Numbered from the stretch's first letter, positions 32,801 to 45,368 are shown. The stretch is 64,000 nt of DNA from an uncultured delta proteobacterium (GCA_963804165.1 CAWDPO010000040.1:64001-128000); one strand, 5' to 3'. Program-made: numbers and translations. The notes: generated from the letters alone by a model not told the origin.

Positions 32801-35800
32801 GTAGCGATAGGGTGACCGATGACGAGATGACCTGAATGGGTTGCCCTTCCACCATCGAAAAGCAGGTCCGCAGCGCTTCGTGCCGTCGCACGATCTCGTT
32901 GAGACTCTGCTCAAGCGCTGCTACGCTCAGCGTGCCCTTAAGCCGTATCCCGTTCGCAAGATTGTAAACCGAACTGTTCGGCTCGAGTTGATCCAAGAAC
33001 CACAACCGCGTTTGCGCGAAGGAGAGCGGCAAATCACCGTCTCGCAAAGTCGCGGGCATGGAGAGTCTTGTGATTTCTTGTGTTGCGCGCTGAGACTCTT
33101 CGACGCCCTTGGCGAGGCCAGCTATGGTGGGCGCCTCAAATAGAGCGCGTAACGGTAGCTCAATTTGGCTGGCCTTACGCAGCCGGGAAATCACTTGCAT
33201 GGCCAACAAAGAATGGCCGCCGAATTCAAAAAAGTTGTCATGAATACCGATGCGCTCAAGCTTCAGTACCTCTGCCCAGATCCCTGCGAGCCCCTCCTCG
33301 ACCTGGGTTCGAGGCGCCACATAGCTCACTTCTGGCTCAGGTTTGCTCTGGTCCGGTGGCGGAAGGGCCCTTCGATTCGCTTTTCCGTTGGGAAGGAGCG
33401 GCAATGAATCTAGAAACACGAAGGCCGTGGGGAACATGTATTCGGGCAGCTTTTGTTTTAGAAAACTGCGCAAATCGTTTGTCGATAAGGCTGGATGCTG
33501 ATTCGGAACGATATAGGCCACCAGCCGTTTGTCGCCGAGAACGTCCTCGCGCGCCACGACTACAGCTTCGCGAACCGAAGGGTGCTGACCCAGTGCTGAT
33601 TCAATCTCACCCAGCTCGATGCGAAAACCACGGATCTTGACCTGATCATCGATACGACCAATAAACTCGATATTTCCATCACTCAGGAAACGAGCTAGAT
33701 CTCCGGTCCTGTATAGACGCGCACCGGGTAGGGAGCTAAAGGGACTGGCAATAAAATTTTCGGCCGTGAGCGCCGGTCGGTTCAAGTAGCCGCGGGCCAA
33801 GCCGACTCCACCAATATAAACCTCTCCATTCACGCCGACAGGAACAGGTTGTAGATCGTTGTCCAGAAGATAGATCTGCGCGTTGGCAATAGGATTGCCG
33901 ATCGTCACTCTATTGGATGAAAATATTTTGCCAGCACTCGCGTTTGCGGTTGTTTCGGTCGGGCCGTAGAGGTTCCATATCTCAAGAGCGGGCAGCGCGG
34001 TAAAGGACTTCTCGACCAACTCCTCATTGAGTTGCTCGCCACCGAGAAATAGGGCCGAGAGGTCTTCGGTCGGCGTTGCGGTCTGACCAGATTGTTGGAT
34101 GCCGTCCAGTATGACCTTCCATAACGATACTACGCAATTGATACCGACTCTGCCCTTTTTCTGAATCTCCGGGAGATAGGCAGCAGGGTCGGCCACTACA
34201 TCGCGTGGAACAAGGCACACTTCTTTACCGCGTAACAGTGGAGCGAACAGTTGTTTCAGGCAAGCATCGAAGGTGATCTCGGTGATCATCGGTACGGTGC
34301 CTATAGCATCATTCAATAAACAGCTGTTCACCCAGTGAAGATAGTTCACCAAGCTCCTGTGCTCGATCATGACTCCCTTGGGTTGTCCCGTTGAGCCTGA
34401 GGTGTAGGTCACATAAGCCAATCCGGTGGGCGTTCCCCGGAGGATCGGGTTTTCGATGCGTTCTTGCCGAATAGTTACCCACTCCGGGTCGAGGCACAAA
34501 AGATGCGCTTCACCTGAAGGGAGACGTTCAATCAGCGGCTGCTGCGTCACCAGGACCGAAGTTTGTGTGTCTTGCAGGAAAAACACGAGCCGTTCGTTCG
34601 GCGACTCGTGATCCAGCGGTACATAGGCTCCGCCAGTTTTCAGGATGCCCAGCACTGCAACGACCATCTCCAACGAGCGCTCCATGAAGATGCCGACCAA
34701 CAGCTCTGGCCCCACTCCGAGTCGTATGAGGTAGTGCGCCAACTGATTGGCTCGCTGATTGAGCTCTCGATAAGTGATCTCCTGATTCTCGAAGACAACG
34801 GCGATGGCGTCAGGTGTTCGTTCTACTTGTTCCTCAAATAACTGGTGAACGCATTTGTCCTCAGGATAGTCGCGCTTCGTGTCATTCCACTCAACCAGGA
34901 GCTGATGCTGCTCGGCATTCGTCAGCAGCGAGAAATCCAAAAGCCGCCTGGCCGGGTCAGCCACGATCTCCTTCAAAAGGTTCTCAAAGTGACTCAACAT
35001 CCGTTCGATCGTCGATCCATCAAACAGATCAGTGTTGTATTGCAGGTGTGCACGCAGTCCTTCGTTCTCCTCTCGAATCGACAGAGTCAGATCAAATTTC
35101 GCTGTATCGCTGCCGCCGACTACAGGACTTACACTCAACCCTTGAAACTTCAGAGTTGTAGCCGGAGCATTCTGAAAAACGAACATCACCTGGAATAGCG
35201 GCGAGTGACTGAGGTTGCGTTGCGGCTGCAACTCTTCCACCAGCTTCTCAAACGGTACATCTTGGTGGGCATAGGCCTCGAAAGCGGTTACCCGCGCCCG
35301 AGCCAGTAGCTCGCGAAAGGTAGGATTGCCGGATAGATCACCACGCAGCACCAGAGTGTTGACAAGAAACCCAATCAAATCCTCCATCTCGGCCCGAGTC
35401 CGACCCGCAATCGGAGAACCCGTCACAATGTCCTCTTGCCCGGTATATCGACAAAGTAAGGTCTGAAAGGCCGCTAGCAACGTCATGAAGAGAGTCGCGC
35501 CCTCCTGGCGGCTTAGTGCTTTGACCTGATCGGACAAAGCTTTGGAAAGCTCTAGTGAATGTCCGGCTCCACGATAGCTCTGAACCGCCGGGCGTCGCCG
35601 ATCGGTAGGCAACTGTAAAGTAGGAATATTCTCCAGCTGCTTCTTCCAGTAGGAAAGCTGAGTGTCTAAAATTTCTCCCTTGAGCCAATCACGCTGCCAA
35701 ACTGCATAGTCGGCATATTGAATCGGTAAGTCAGGCAGCGGCGAGGGCTTTCCATTGGAGAAAGCCTCATAGAGAATTGAAAGCTCTCGGAAAAACACCC

Positions 35801-38800
35801 CCATGGACCAACCATCCGAGACAATATGATGCATGGTTACGAGCAAGACGTGATCGTCATCGCCTAGCCGCACCAGCTTGGATCGCAGAAGCGGCCCCCG
35901 GGCCAGATCGAAGGCTCGTTGGTTTTCCTCGTCGGCAAGACGTTGCGCCTCAGCTTCTCGTTCAGCCTCGGAAAGATGACTGAGATCCAAAAGAGGCAAA
36001 GACAGTGTGAAAGATGAGGAGATGACCTGAATGGGTCGCCCTTGCACCATCGAAAAGCTGGTCCGCAGCGCTTCGTGCCGTCGCACGATCTCGTTGAGAC
36101 TCTGCTCAAGCGCTGCTACGCTCAGCGTGCCCTTAAGCCGTATCCCGTTCGCAAGATTGTAAACCGAACTGTTCGGCTCGAGTTGATCCAAGAACCACAA
36201 CCGCGCTTGCGCGAAGGAGAGCGGCAAATCACCGTCTCGCAAAGTCGCGGGCATGGAGAGTCTTGTGATTTCTTGTGTTGCGCGCTGAGACTCTTCGACG
36301 CCCTTGGCGAGGCCAGCTATGGTGGGCGCCTCAAATAGAGCGCGTAACGGTAGCTCAATTTGGCTGGCCTTTACGCAGCCGGGCGATCACTTGAGTGGCC
36401 AACAAAGAATGGCCTCCTAATTCAAAAAAGTTGTCATGAATACCCACTCGCTCAAGCTTCAGCACCTCTACCCAGATACCGACCAATATCTCCTCCACAG
36501 AACTGCGCGGCGCCACGTAATTTTCTTCCAATCCGATTACACTTTGATCAGGAGGGGGAAGCGCTCTTTGGTCTACCTTGCCGTTGGGGGTACGTGGGAG
36601 CTCGGCTAAATGCACAAACGCTGAAGGCACCATGTAATCGGGCAATTTCTGTTTGAGGAAACTGCGCAAATTTTGCGCTGACGGAGCGGGCTGTTGCTTT
36701 GAAGTGAAATATCCGACGAGCCGTTTGTCGTCCGGAACGTCCTCGCGCGCGAGGATCACACATTCCCGGACCCCTGGGTGTTGACTCAGTGTCGCCTCGA
36801 TCTCTCCGGGCTCAATCCGCACGCCGCGTATTTTTACCTGAAAGTCCTTCCGTCCAGTAAACGCGATGGTTCCGTCAGAGAGTAAGCGCCCCATGTCTCC
36901 AGTGCGGTAGATGTGTTTGGTTCCGCCTTCCGGATCGGGCACGAACGCAGCCATGGCAATTTCCGGTTTTTGCCAATACCCCAGTGCGAGATGTTCGCTT
37001 CTGATCCCTATTTCTCCGTAGATCTCAGTTTGTTCGCCTGCTTCGTTGAGCAAAAGAATCTCGGTGTCCTGGACCGGATAGCCTACCGGCACTATGTTGC
37101 CAATGACCTGTGTCTCGTGATTGATGAAATACTGTAAGGCTAACGTGGACTCGGTGGGCCCCAGACCATTAACAAAAATGGCATTCACGGAGAAATGCCG
37201 CCGGAAGAGATCAATATCCTTTTTTAGTACTTCTTCTCCGCCAAGAACAGCCAAACGAATTGCCGAAAGATCCTCCCTGCCCGTCAACGAGGCAACGAGG
37301 TAACGATAGACGGTAGGCGTAGAGTGATAGATGGTGATTTTTTCCTCGACCATGCGTGCGAGCAACGTGGTTGGGTCTTCTTCTTTGACGTCCATCGGAT
37401 ACAAGGTCGCTCCGTTCAACAGGGCGCCGAATATATCCATGACCGCGGCATCGAAACCATAGGACGGAATAAGCGTCAGCCGATCATCAGCGTTGAGATG
37501 CAGACTGTTCGTATAGTTGGCGATGTGATGCAAAACATTGCGATGGCTCTGGACCACTCCTTTGGGCTGTCCCGTTGAGCCTGAGGTGTAGAGAATATAG
37601 GCTAGCGCGTTCGGCAAAATTGGCAGGTCGAGATTAGCCGTCGATACGGCGTCGTCGATCTCATTGATATCGATAATTTTCAACGGGCCGGTGGCTAACA
37701 TCTTGGCAACGGCAATGGTGTCGCGAGTGGTGAGGAGAGCCGTCGCCTGGGAATCTTCCAGGATATGAGCCAGTCTTTCTTTCGGATGAGTAAGATCTAG
37801 CGGAACATAAGTGTTTCCACTCTTCAGCACTCCGAAAATAGCGGCAATCATCGGCGCGTCGTGCTCGAACAAGAGGGCAATCCGTTGTTCTCCGCCGTCG
37901 CACGAGCGTAGTATCGTTTGCGCTATTTGGTTGGCTGCGCCATTGAGCTCAGCGTACGTCCACCGATAATTGCGGGTTTTGACGGCGACCTGATGAGGAT
38001 TGAGCGTTCACCTGCTTTTCAAACCGCCCTGAAATGGATTGCTCGATATCATCTTTTTCTAAACTCAATGAAGGAATTGTCTGGAGCGATTCGATTCCGT
38101 CGGGCGCGAAGTTGATTCCGCTCAGCTTCGCTAAAGAGCGGGAGCGACGAGATTCGCTGTTGTGAATTCGCCGTTATAGCCTCTAGCAGAGTATGATAAT
38201 GACTCAGTAACCGGCTAATTGTAGTCGGCTCGAACAAGTCGGGGTTATAAACCAACGAAAGCCAAATCGCTCCGTCTCGATCCCCCGCATACAAAGTCAG
38301 GTCAAAATTCGATGCTGGCTCGTCAAACTCAAGCAGTTCTGCTGTCAGTCCCGGTAGGTTGAGCGCTTCATCTTCACCGAACTCGAGCATGTTGAAAAAA
38401 ACCTGGAACAAGGGCGTACGGCTTAGGTCGCGATCGGGCCGGAGCTCTTCCAACAGCTTCTCAAAGGGCAGATCTTGATGCGTGTAAGCATCCAAAGCCA
38501 CCCGGCGTACCCGGGCCAATAAATCCGGGAAAGTGGGGTTATCCGAAAGCTCTGTACGCAGCACCAGGCTGTTCAGAAAAAATCCGATCAGTCCCTCCGT
38601 CTCGATTTGGTGCCGACCCGCTATGGGCGAGCCCACAGTTATGTCACTCTGCCCGGTGTAGCGCTGCAATAGGATCTGAAATGCTGCGAGCAAAGTCATG
38701 AACAACGTAACGTTCTCCTGATGACTTAACATCATGAGTGCGTCAGACAGAGCCTTGGATAAAACTAAGGAATCCCTTGCGCCCCGGTACGTTTGCACTG

Positions 38801-41327
38801 GAGATCGCGGATGATCGGTGGGTAGCGCGAGCACCGGCACGCTCTCGAGCTGCTGTTTCCAATAGGAGATCTGAGTCGTTAGCGATTCCCCTTGGAGCCA
38901 CTGTCGTTGCCAGAGAGCAAAGTCTTTGTACTGGATCGGTAGTTCAGGTAGCGACGATTTTTCGCCGGCAGCGTAGGCCTGATAGAGCACCGAAAGTTCG
39001 TGGAAGATTACCCCCATGGACCAACCGTCCGAAACAATGTGGTGCATGGTTACAAGGAAAATGTGATGCTGTGAGCCTAGCCGGATCAAGACGGAGCGCA
39101 GTAGAGGCGCTTGAGCCAAATCGAAGGGGCGTTTAGCCTCCGCGGTCATCATTTGCCGGGCTCGATAATCCCGTTTGTCTAGAGGAAGATCCTGCAAGTC
39201 CACCACGGACATAGCTATCGTCAGGCTCGGAGCGATAACCTGAATCGGTTCTCCGTCGACCATAGCGAACGTGGTACGCAGGGCTTCGTGGCGGCGCACG
39301 ATCTCGTTAAGACTCTGATTCAGTGCTGGGATATCGAGTGATCCGGTGAGGCGAACCGCGGTCGGCATGTTGTAGGTTGGATTACCTGGCTCCAACCGAT
39401 CCAGAACCCACAATCGCTGTTGCGCAAAGGAGAGGGGAAAATGACCGTGCCATGAAACAGGGCGTAGGGGCGGAACAAATTGCGAATCCTCTTCGGTTCG
39501 CCGGGCGCTCTCTACCAGCTCGGCTAGACCGGCTATCGTCGGCGCTTCAAATAGAAGTCGTAGTGGAAAGTCGCTTCGGAAGGCACGCCGCAAGCGGGAA
39601 ATCACCCGGGTAGCGAGTAACGAGTGACCCCCTAATTCGAAGAAATTGTCGTGAACGCCAATCCGCTCAAGCTTCAGCACTTCGGTCCAGATACCAGCTA
39701 CTTCCTCCTCGATCGGGTTTCGAACAGGTACGAACGTGACCGTTTCGGGTCTGAGCCGGTCGGGCGCCGGCAGTGCGCGGCGGTCTATCTTGCCGTTTGG
39801 AGTGAGGGGAAGGGCCTCAAGTGAGACAAACGCCGAGGGCACCATATAGAGGGGCAACTTATTTGTCAGAAAGTCACGCAGCTCCGCAGTGGAAGGAGAT
39901 AAAGCTTGGTTCGGAACAACATAAGCCACCAGTTGTTTATCGCTGCTTGTATCTCCCCAGGCTAAGACCACGGCTTGGTCAACAGCGAAATGTTGCTCCA
40001 GCACAGTTTCAATTTCACTCAGCTCTATGCGGAAACCGCGGATTTTGACTTGGTTATCGATGCGTCCGAGGAACTCAATGTTACCGTCCGGCAGATAGCG
40101 AGCTGAGTCACCCGTTCGATACAACCTTTTGCCCCGTTCGTCGCTAAAAGGATTTGGCAGGAACTTTTCCGAGGTAGCCTCGGGCCTGCCCCGGTAGCCC
40201 CGGGCTAGACCGTCACCGCCTATGAACAGTTCCCCGGCCACCCCTATGGGGACGGGCTGCATATCGTGATCCAGAATATAAACTTGTGTGTTTGCAATTG
40301 GTCGGCCGATGGTAGCCGGTCCGGTAGAGTGTCTTAAAGCGAACGTGGAATAAGTGGTGTCCTCAGAGGGCCCATACAAGTCGAAAACTTGCCGAACCGT
40401 GCCCTGTTCATAGAGTTGCTCCACCAGCCGCGGGCTGAGGGGTTCACCGGCCAAGCATATCGTCTCCACGGATGGCGGAAGGTCTCCGCTCCTCAACAAC
40501 TCCGCGACAGCCGAAGGCACAGTGTTGATTAGAGTGACATCAGCGGCAACATCCAAAGTGGACAGGTGCAATGCATTTTCAACCAGGATCACCTTGCCCC
40601 CGTGGCTTAGCGGGAGGAATATTTCGAAAACTGAAAGATCAAAGCAGATTGAGGTGGAGGCGAGCACTCCCCGGGTCTCTTCTCGCGCAAAGACATCCAT
40701 GGCCCAATGCAGCAGTGTGACGGCGCTGTGATGCTCAATGGCCACTCCTTTGGGCACTCCCGTGGAGCCAGAGGTATAGATGACATAGGCGAGGTTTTCC
40801 GCGGTAAGCTCGCCCACCGGATTTTCCTCACTGTGGCAGTCAATCATCCGCCCATCTGCATCCATACAAACCAAGCTTCCATGGCGCGGCGGTAGTTTCG
40901 CAACCAAGGATTGCTGTGTGAGCAGCACGGAAAGGTGAGCATCCTCGAGCATGAAGGCCAATCTTTCCTTTGGATACGCTGGGTCGAGAGGCACATAAGT
41001 CCCGCCGGCTTTGAGGATGCCGAGGATGCCTATGATCATCTCCGGAGATCGCTCCATAAACACGCCAACGAGGATCTCCGGGCGGACTCCGAGGACGCGC
41101 AGGTAATGCGCCAGCTGGTTGGCCCGAATGTTGAGCTCGCGATAGGTTAGTTGATTGCCGTCGAATAAGACGGCGATAGCGTCCGGGGTTTTCTCTGCCT
41201 GAGTCTCAAATAGCTGATGGATACACCGGTTTTTGGGATAATCTCGCCGCGTGTCGTTCCACTCAACAAGCAGTTGACGTCGTTCGGCTTCGCTAATCAT
41301 GCACAACCCTGACTGAGGCTCAGCCAT
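29818..41327 (-). CDS. NRPS 1: A-T-C-A-T-C-A-T-C-A-T (frameshifts near 38050, 36370, 32380 and 31920)
   Basis: Four A domains (YTSGSTG.PKGV), four GGHSL carrier domains and three HHIVSDG C domains; GAGGAG RBS before ATG at 41327. Confidence 0.93.
32488..33281. repeat. Near-identical direct repeat, copy 1 (T-C junction)
   Basis: Matches 35683..36477 at an offset of about 3195. Confidence 0.9.
35683..36477. repeat. Near-identical direct repeat, copy 2
   Basis: Matches 32488..33281. Confidence 0.9.
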
Positions 41328-41575
41328 AAGCCGTCTCCTCGACAACCCATGGCGACCAAACGAACATTACAGATAGCGGTTCTAGAATTAATTACAAGCC
41401 ACGTTACTTGGTTAATATTACAATTTTATGAAATTTGTTCGGCGCAAGACACCTCATCCACATTACACTCGCTAGCAGGAAATCTTTGAACGGATGGTCG
41501 GTCGGGAGTGTACTCACAAATTTATACTGTTCAAGAGATCAGAGGTATTGGAGAATAAATACCAAACCTGATTCG

Positions 41576-41821
41576 TTAACACGTCAGGCGGCAAAATCTC
41601 GAAGAGCTAATTTTTCTCGACAGAGCACTTCCTCGGGAGCGAATCCGCCAGGTTGATAAACTATTCTCGTGAAATAGGATGGTTCCTCCTGCCGCCGAGA
41701 GACCTTTTCGTAAATAGTGCGGATCGATTTTGGTATCGTTGAACAACGAGCCATCAAAGAATCGAATGGCGGCTGGCCGGACACCAAGACTAGGGCACAC
41801 TTTTCGACGACAGAACCACAA
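41576..41821 (-). pseudogene. Degenerate paralog of 48709..49212
   Basis: IDPHYLRKGLS versus MDPQYLRKGLS, plus a shared upstream element. Confidence 0.55.
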
Positions 41822-41826
41822 ATCGA

Positions 41827-41878
41827 TTTTTTATTATCGTCTCAGAATTTGACGTGATTCAAGTAGGTCGGCTGAAAA
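41827..41878. promoter_or_regulatory. Conserved upstream element with a TTGA-N6-TCAA palindrome, copy 1
   Basis: Near-identical to 49239..49290. Confidence 0.7.
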
Positions 41879-41979
41879 GACATCCGATTCAAACGGAATG
41901 TGGCCGATCAAGGCATTTATACCCATTATCGAGCCGTGCGAAGTGGTGAACCGGACGTGCGCTATAAAAGGGAGCGGCG

Positions 41980-42114
41980 TCAGAACGGTGTCGAGGCTAA
42001 GGTCAGGAGTGGATCATCGCCGACGCCGATCAGCCATAAGACGAACAGACTGATAACGCCAGTAGCCGATAAAGCCGCCAATAGTGCGCTCGCTATGATG
42101 ATTCTATCGTACAT
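41980..42114 (-). CDS. Small single-TM peptide (44 aa)
   Basis: MYDRIIIASALLAALSATGVISLFVLWLIGVGDDPLLTLASTPF. Confidence 0.45.
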   Translation of the reverse strand: MYDRIIIASALLAALSATGVISLFVLWLIGVGDDPLLTLASTPF

Positions 42115-42196
42115 CCTTGCGCCACCTTATCTGCAGGGTTTTATCAGCAGATCGTCTGTCAAGCTTTCTTGGCTCAGCCTCCGAAACGGTTAGCCT

Positions 42197-42323
42197 GGCA
42201 CAAAGGGGGAAACTTTCGGCGGGTACATGCGTGAGCATGCACTGGCGTCAATAGTTTCCCCTTTGTGCGTTGCGCACAGTGTTGGCACACTGCGCGTGTG
42301 AAAGGGGGTTACCTATTCACGGC
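42197..42323 (-). ncRNA. Candidate sigma54-driven structured RNA or leader
   Basis: Long stem GCACAAAGGGG(G)AAACT/AGTTTCCCCTTTGTGC downstream of a sigma54 site. Confidence 0.4.
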
Positions 42324-42333
42324 AGAAGACTAG

Positions 42334-42349
42334 AGCAAAACCAGGGCCG
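42334..42349 (-). promoter_or_regulatory. Sigma54 promoter
   Basis: CGGCCCTGGTTTTGCT (GG-N10-GC). Confidence 0.5.
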
Positions 42350-42786
42350 AAAGACTCTTGAAGAGACAAAAGAATCATGGATGGAAAAAAGAGCCGTCTT
42401 GCCCATAGCTTAGCGCGATGATTCAATAAGCCGATTCCTGGTTCACATGGATCCGACCTAATGACATTCGTAAACTGTGGCTATTTTACTACGCACTTGT
42501 TTGTGAAACCCGACTCAGCAAGTGTGGTCGAGGAATTTACTGTGGTGAATCCTTCCCACACTGAGGACTCCAAGGGAAGAACGCATACCATCACAGTGGC
42601 TCCCTGATTAATTCAAAAAATTCAATGAATCGCTCGACAACACTTTCGTGACCGCTACAGATGGTCGGCCGAAACAAACCTGTCTTCACCATCTAGCGCC
42701 CCCCATCGTGCGATGCCTGTCCGCCTCGAATCACGATTCCAAGATGACGATAATTGCACGAGGGCGAGCTCTTGCCAGGCAGGCTA

Positions 42787-42945
42787 CTATTTTTTCATCA
42801 GCGGGGGCCGCCCGGTAGCACCATGCTGGCCAATGGGGCGCTTGGACTCCTGTTCGAACGGCTCATTTATCTGTGACGGCGGAGTTTTTTTGTTCTTACG
42901 TCTCTTTACAGTAGACGGTGTTTTCCTCTTTCCTTTACGCGGCAT
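42787..42945 (-). CDS. Small basic protein (52 aa), paralog of 12889..13065
   Basis: AAGGAGG RBS; ...NEPFEQESKRPIGQHGATGRPPLMKK. Confidence 0.75.
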   Translation of the reverse strand: MPRKGKRKTPSTVKRRKNKKTPPSQINEPFEQESKRPIGQHGATGRPPLMKK

Positions 42946-43068
42946 AAAGACCTCCTTAGCAAAAATATGCATGGACCCAAGCAATCATCGGGCCGCTTTG
43001 AAATTTTTTCTCGCATCAATATTTGGGGATTTAATCTATCAAGTTGTGACTGAGAACGAAGATGGATC

Positions 43069-43269
43069 TCAGACTCTCTCCAGGTCCCGGGTATCATCCG
43101 TCGTGTCGAAGGTAAGCGTTTCGCCCTTGATTATATTTCTAGCTGCGACTGCACTAAGGGACTCCAGTTTCAAAGCCTTCTTACAGGACAGCTTGCCATC
43201 TTCGTCCGGCACAAATTCGACAAAATCACCGGACATGAGATCGTCGACAGCCTTAACGCGCCATACCAT
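43069..43269 (-). CDS. Small hypothetical protein, paralog of 7649..7861
   Basis: Protein similarity and conserved upstream DNA. Confidence 0.75.
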   Translation of the reverse strand: MVWRVKAVDDLMSGDFVEFVPDEDGKLSCKKALKLESLSAVAARNIIKGETLTFDTTDDTRDLERV

Positions 43270-43539
43270 TACTCAATGGTATGGCAAATTTTGGTCGAAT
43301 CTACCCCCCAAGAGCAAATACCTTTATTTAGCCTCTCGAAGGATTTAAAGTCATCACCTGGTCGCACCGAGGTTTGGCTTACGCGCTCGTGTCCGGGCCT
43401 CGATTCACCTGCGTGGCACTCCTGTATGGTATGGCACGAAGGGACCAGCGATCCTCGAGAAAAACAGGGACATGAATTAGACGAAATCCTGATGTGGTCG
43501 GACAACGGAATGCAAGGGGGTGCAAGCGTGAAGGCGCAA

Positions 43540-44364
43540 ATGGTGAGACGACGCCCGTTTGTGGAATTAAGCACAAGCGCGACCCCCGCCGGCACATGGG
43601 CGGCCGGCTGTGAATTAAGCATTGGATCTGTCATCGAACAAACCTCCCACCGTCCCTGGCCGCTACCGCAAACCCGCTGGGTTATGTCCATGCGCTGGCA
43701 CGAGCTTTTGTTCCTTCACTGGCCGGTGCGTGCGGAGTTGATTCGCCCGTTGATTCCAAAGTTGTTGGAACTCGATACATTCGACGGTTGGTGCTGGATC
43801 GGTATCGTGCCGTTTCGAATGAGTGGCGTACGACCACGTTACATTCCGTTCAACATGTCTTTTCCGGAACTAAATGTCCGCACGTATGTGAAAGTGCCGG
43901 GTAGAAGCGGTGTCTGGTTTTTTAGTCTTGATGCAGCGAATTGGCTTGCAGTGAGAGCGGCGCGCTGGCTCGGAATGCCTTACTATTTGGCCAGAATGAC
44001 ATTGGCGTTGGAAAGGGAAACCGTAACGTATAGGAGCATGCGGGTTCAAAAGAAAGCCGCGCGGGCGGAATTTACCGCGGTCTACCGACCGGCCGGACCG
44101 GTCTATCACGCGGCTCCGGATACGCTGGACCACTGGCTTACAGAACGATATTGCCTCTATGCTGCGGTGCGACCGAATCAAGTGGTTTACGGCGAAATTC
44201 ATCATCCGCGGTGGCCGCTCCAACCTGCGGAAGTGGAGCTGTGTACCAACACGATGGCGGAGGCAACAGGAATCAAACTGCCGGAAACAAAACCCATCTG
44301 TCATTTTTCTCGTTTCCAGGAGGTGGTCGCCTGGCCGATTATTCCCATTCAACAAATGAAGTAA
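43540..44364 (+). CDS. YqjF/DUF2071 family protein
   Basis: HRPWPLP...W.ELLFLHWPV, FPELNVRTYV, GVWFFSLDA, WLTERYCLY; start uncertain. Confidence 0.9.
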   Translation: MVRRRPFVELSTSATPAGTWAAGCELSIGSVIEQTSHRPWPLPQTRWVMSMRWHELLFLHWPVRAELIRPLIPKLLELDTFDGWCWIGIVPFRMSGVRPRYIPFNMSFPELNVRTYVKVPGRSGVWFFSLDAANWLAVRAARWLGMPYYLARMTLALERETVTYRSMRVQKKAARAEFTAVYRPAGPVYHAAPDTLDHWLTERYCLYAAVRPNQVVYGEIHHPRWPLQPAEVELCTNTMAEATGIKLPETKPICHFSRFQEVVAWPIIPIQQMK

Positions 44365-44603
44365 CCCTCAGTGGGCGAACGGCTGATGCCCTGAACACCT
44401 CGATGGGATCGATAATTTTTTATTTGAGTTGTTCCGGTTGCTATGCCAATCGCTTTGGCATCTTTTCCAGAGAGCGGCCGTGCACGGCGATTTGGTGTTC
44501 GCTGCATGTTTCAGCTCGTCATTGGCATACCGCACGACGGTGCCGTCCTCTTTCGGAAACGCGTCAACTCGATCGCAGCTTAGGTTGAGCACTTTGAGGT
44601 GTC

Positions 44604-44975
44604 CTATTTGTGGTCACCCGGTTTCACAGTGATTCTATTATTGACGACGACACCGACATGAGCGGTTTTTGTCAGTTCCACCGCTTTATCGCGAATGGCG
44701 GCCGACTCCACTGTACCGGACAGCGTGACTTCGTTTCTTGTCACGTCGGCGTCAACTTTAAGATTCGCCTTGCGCAGGTGCTCGTCGCTTTTCAATATGG
44801 ATCTCACTGCTTCTTCCAGCTTAGCATTTGCCGCACTCGGACTGCCTGCGCCTTGTGCGAAGGCCACGGCCGAGGTCGCTGACGAGGATTCCTCGGGCTG
44901 GCTTCGGCGAAACACGGAAAGCAAGCTCGCTGTACCTAGCACTAGGATTGCCGTCAGAAATTTGCGTGCTATCAA
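44604..44975 (-). CDS. BON domain protein
   Basis: LKVDADVTRNEVTLSGTVES...VVNNRITV. Confidence 0.8.
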   Translation of the reverse strand: MIARKFLTAILVLGTASLLSVFRRSQPEESSSATSAVAFAQGAGSPSAANAKLEEAVRSILKSDEHLRKANLKVDADVTRNEVTLSGTVESAAIRDKAVELTKTAHVGVVVNNRITVKPGDHK

Positions 44976-45091
44976 GAGAACCCTCCACTAACGATGACGG
45001 GACTTCTGCGCTCGTTTTTTATTTGCAGGAGCAAGTCTATGCCAACACCCATATCGAAGGAGTTGGTGGTAAGGCGCGTTCCCGCCGTGGT

Positions 45092-45250
45092 TCAAACCGC
45101 TGAGATCACCTCCGTGGCTAAAAACGCGGCAAAGTAAGCGCCTGAATCAAAGCGCGGGAAGCACAACCAATCAATGGAACTATCACAAGCCACCAGAGCA
45201 GCGGTGTGACAATCGCCGATCATGGCGTAGTCTTCGATAAGCGATGCCAT
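45092..45250 (-). pseudogene. Glycoside hydrolase family 15 (trehalase-like) 5' remnant
   Basis: [33 protein letters not shown] then an early stop. Confidence 0.8.
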
Positions 45251-45352
45251 AAGCCTTACGACAGGAGCCTCCTGATTTAACGTTTGCTGATCAGAAAGGC
45301 TGCAAAATCTATGGTTAGTTGAATTGATTTCGCTATGCGCAATATTTCAGTA

Positions 45353-45368
45353 CGCAGGGAATGTGCCA
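45353..45368 (-). promoter_or_regulatory. Sigma54 promoter
   Basis: TGGCACATTCCCTGCG. Confidence 0.65.

Noticed and set aside
42713-43348. 211-aa plus-strand ORF
   Set aside because: It is antisense to two small genes that have paralog support
45030-45044. Sigma54 promoter for the second BON gene
   Set aside because: GG-GC spacing is 9 nt rather than 10; it would be valid only if a base was lost in sequencing
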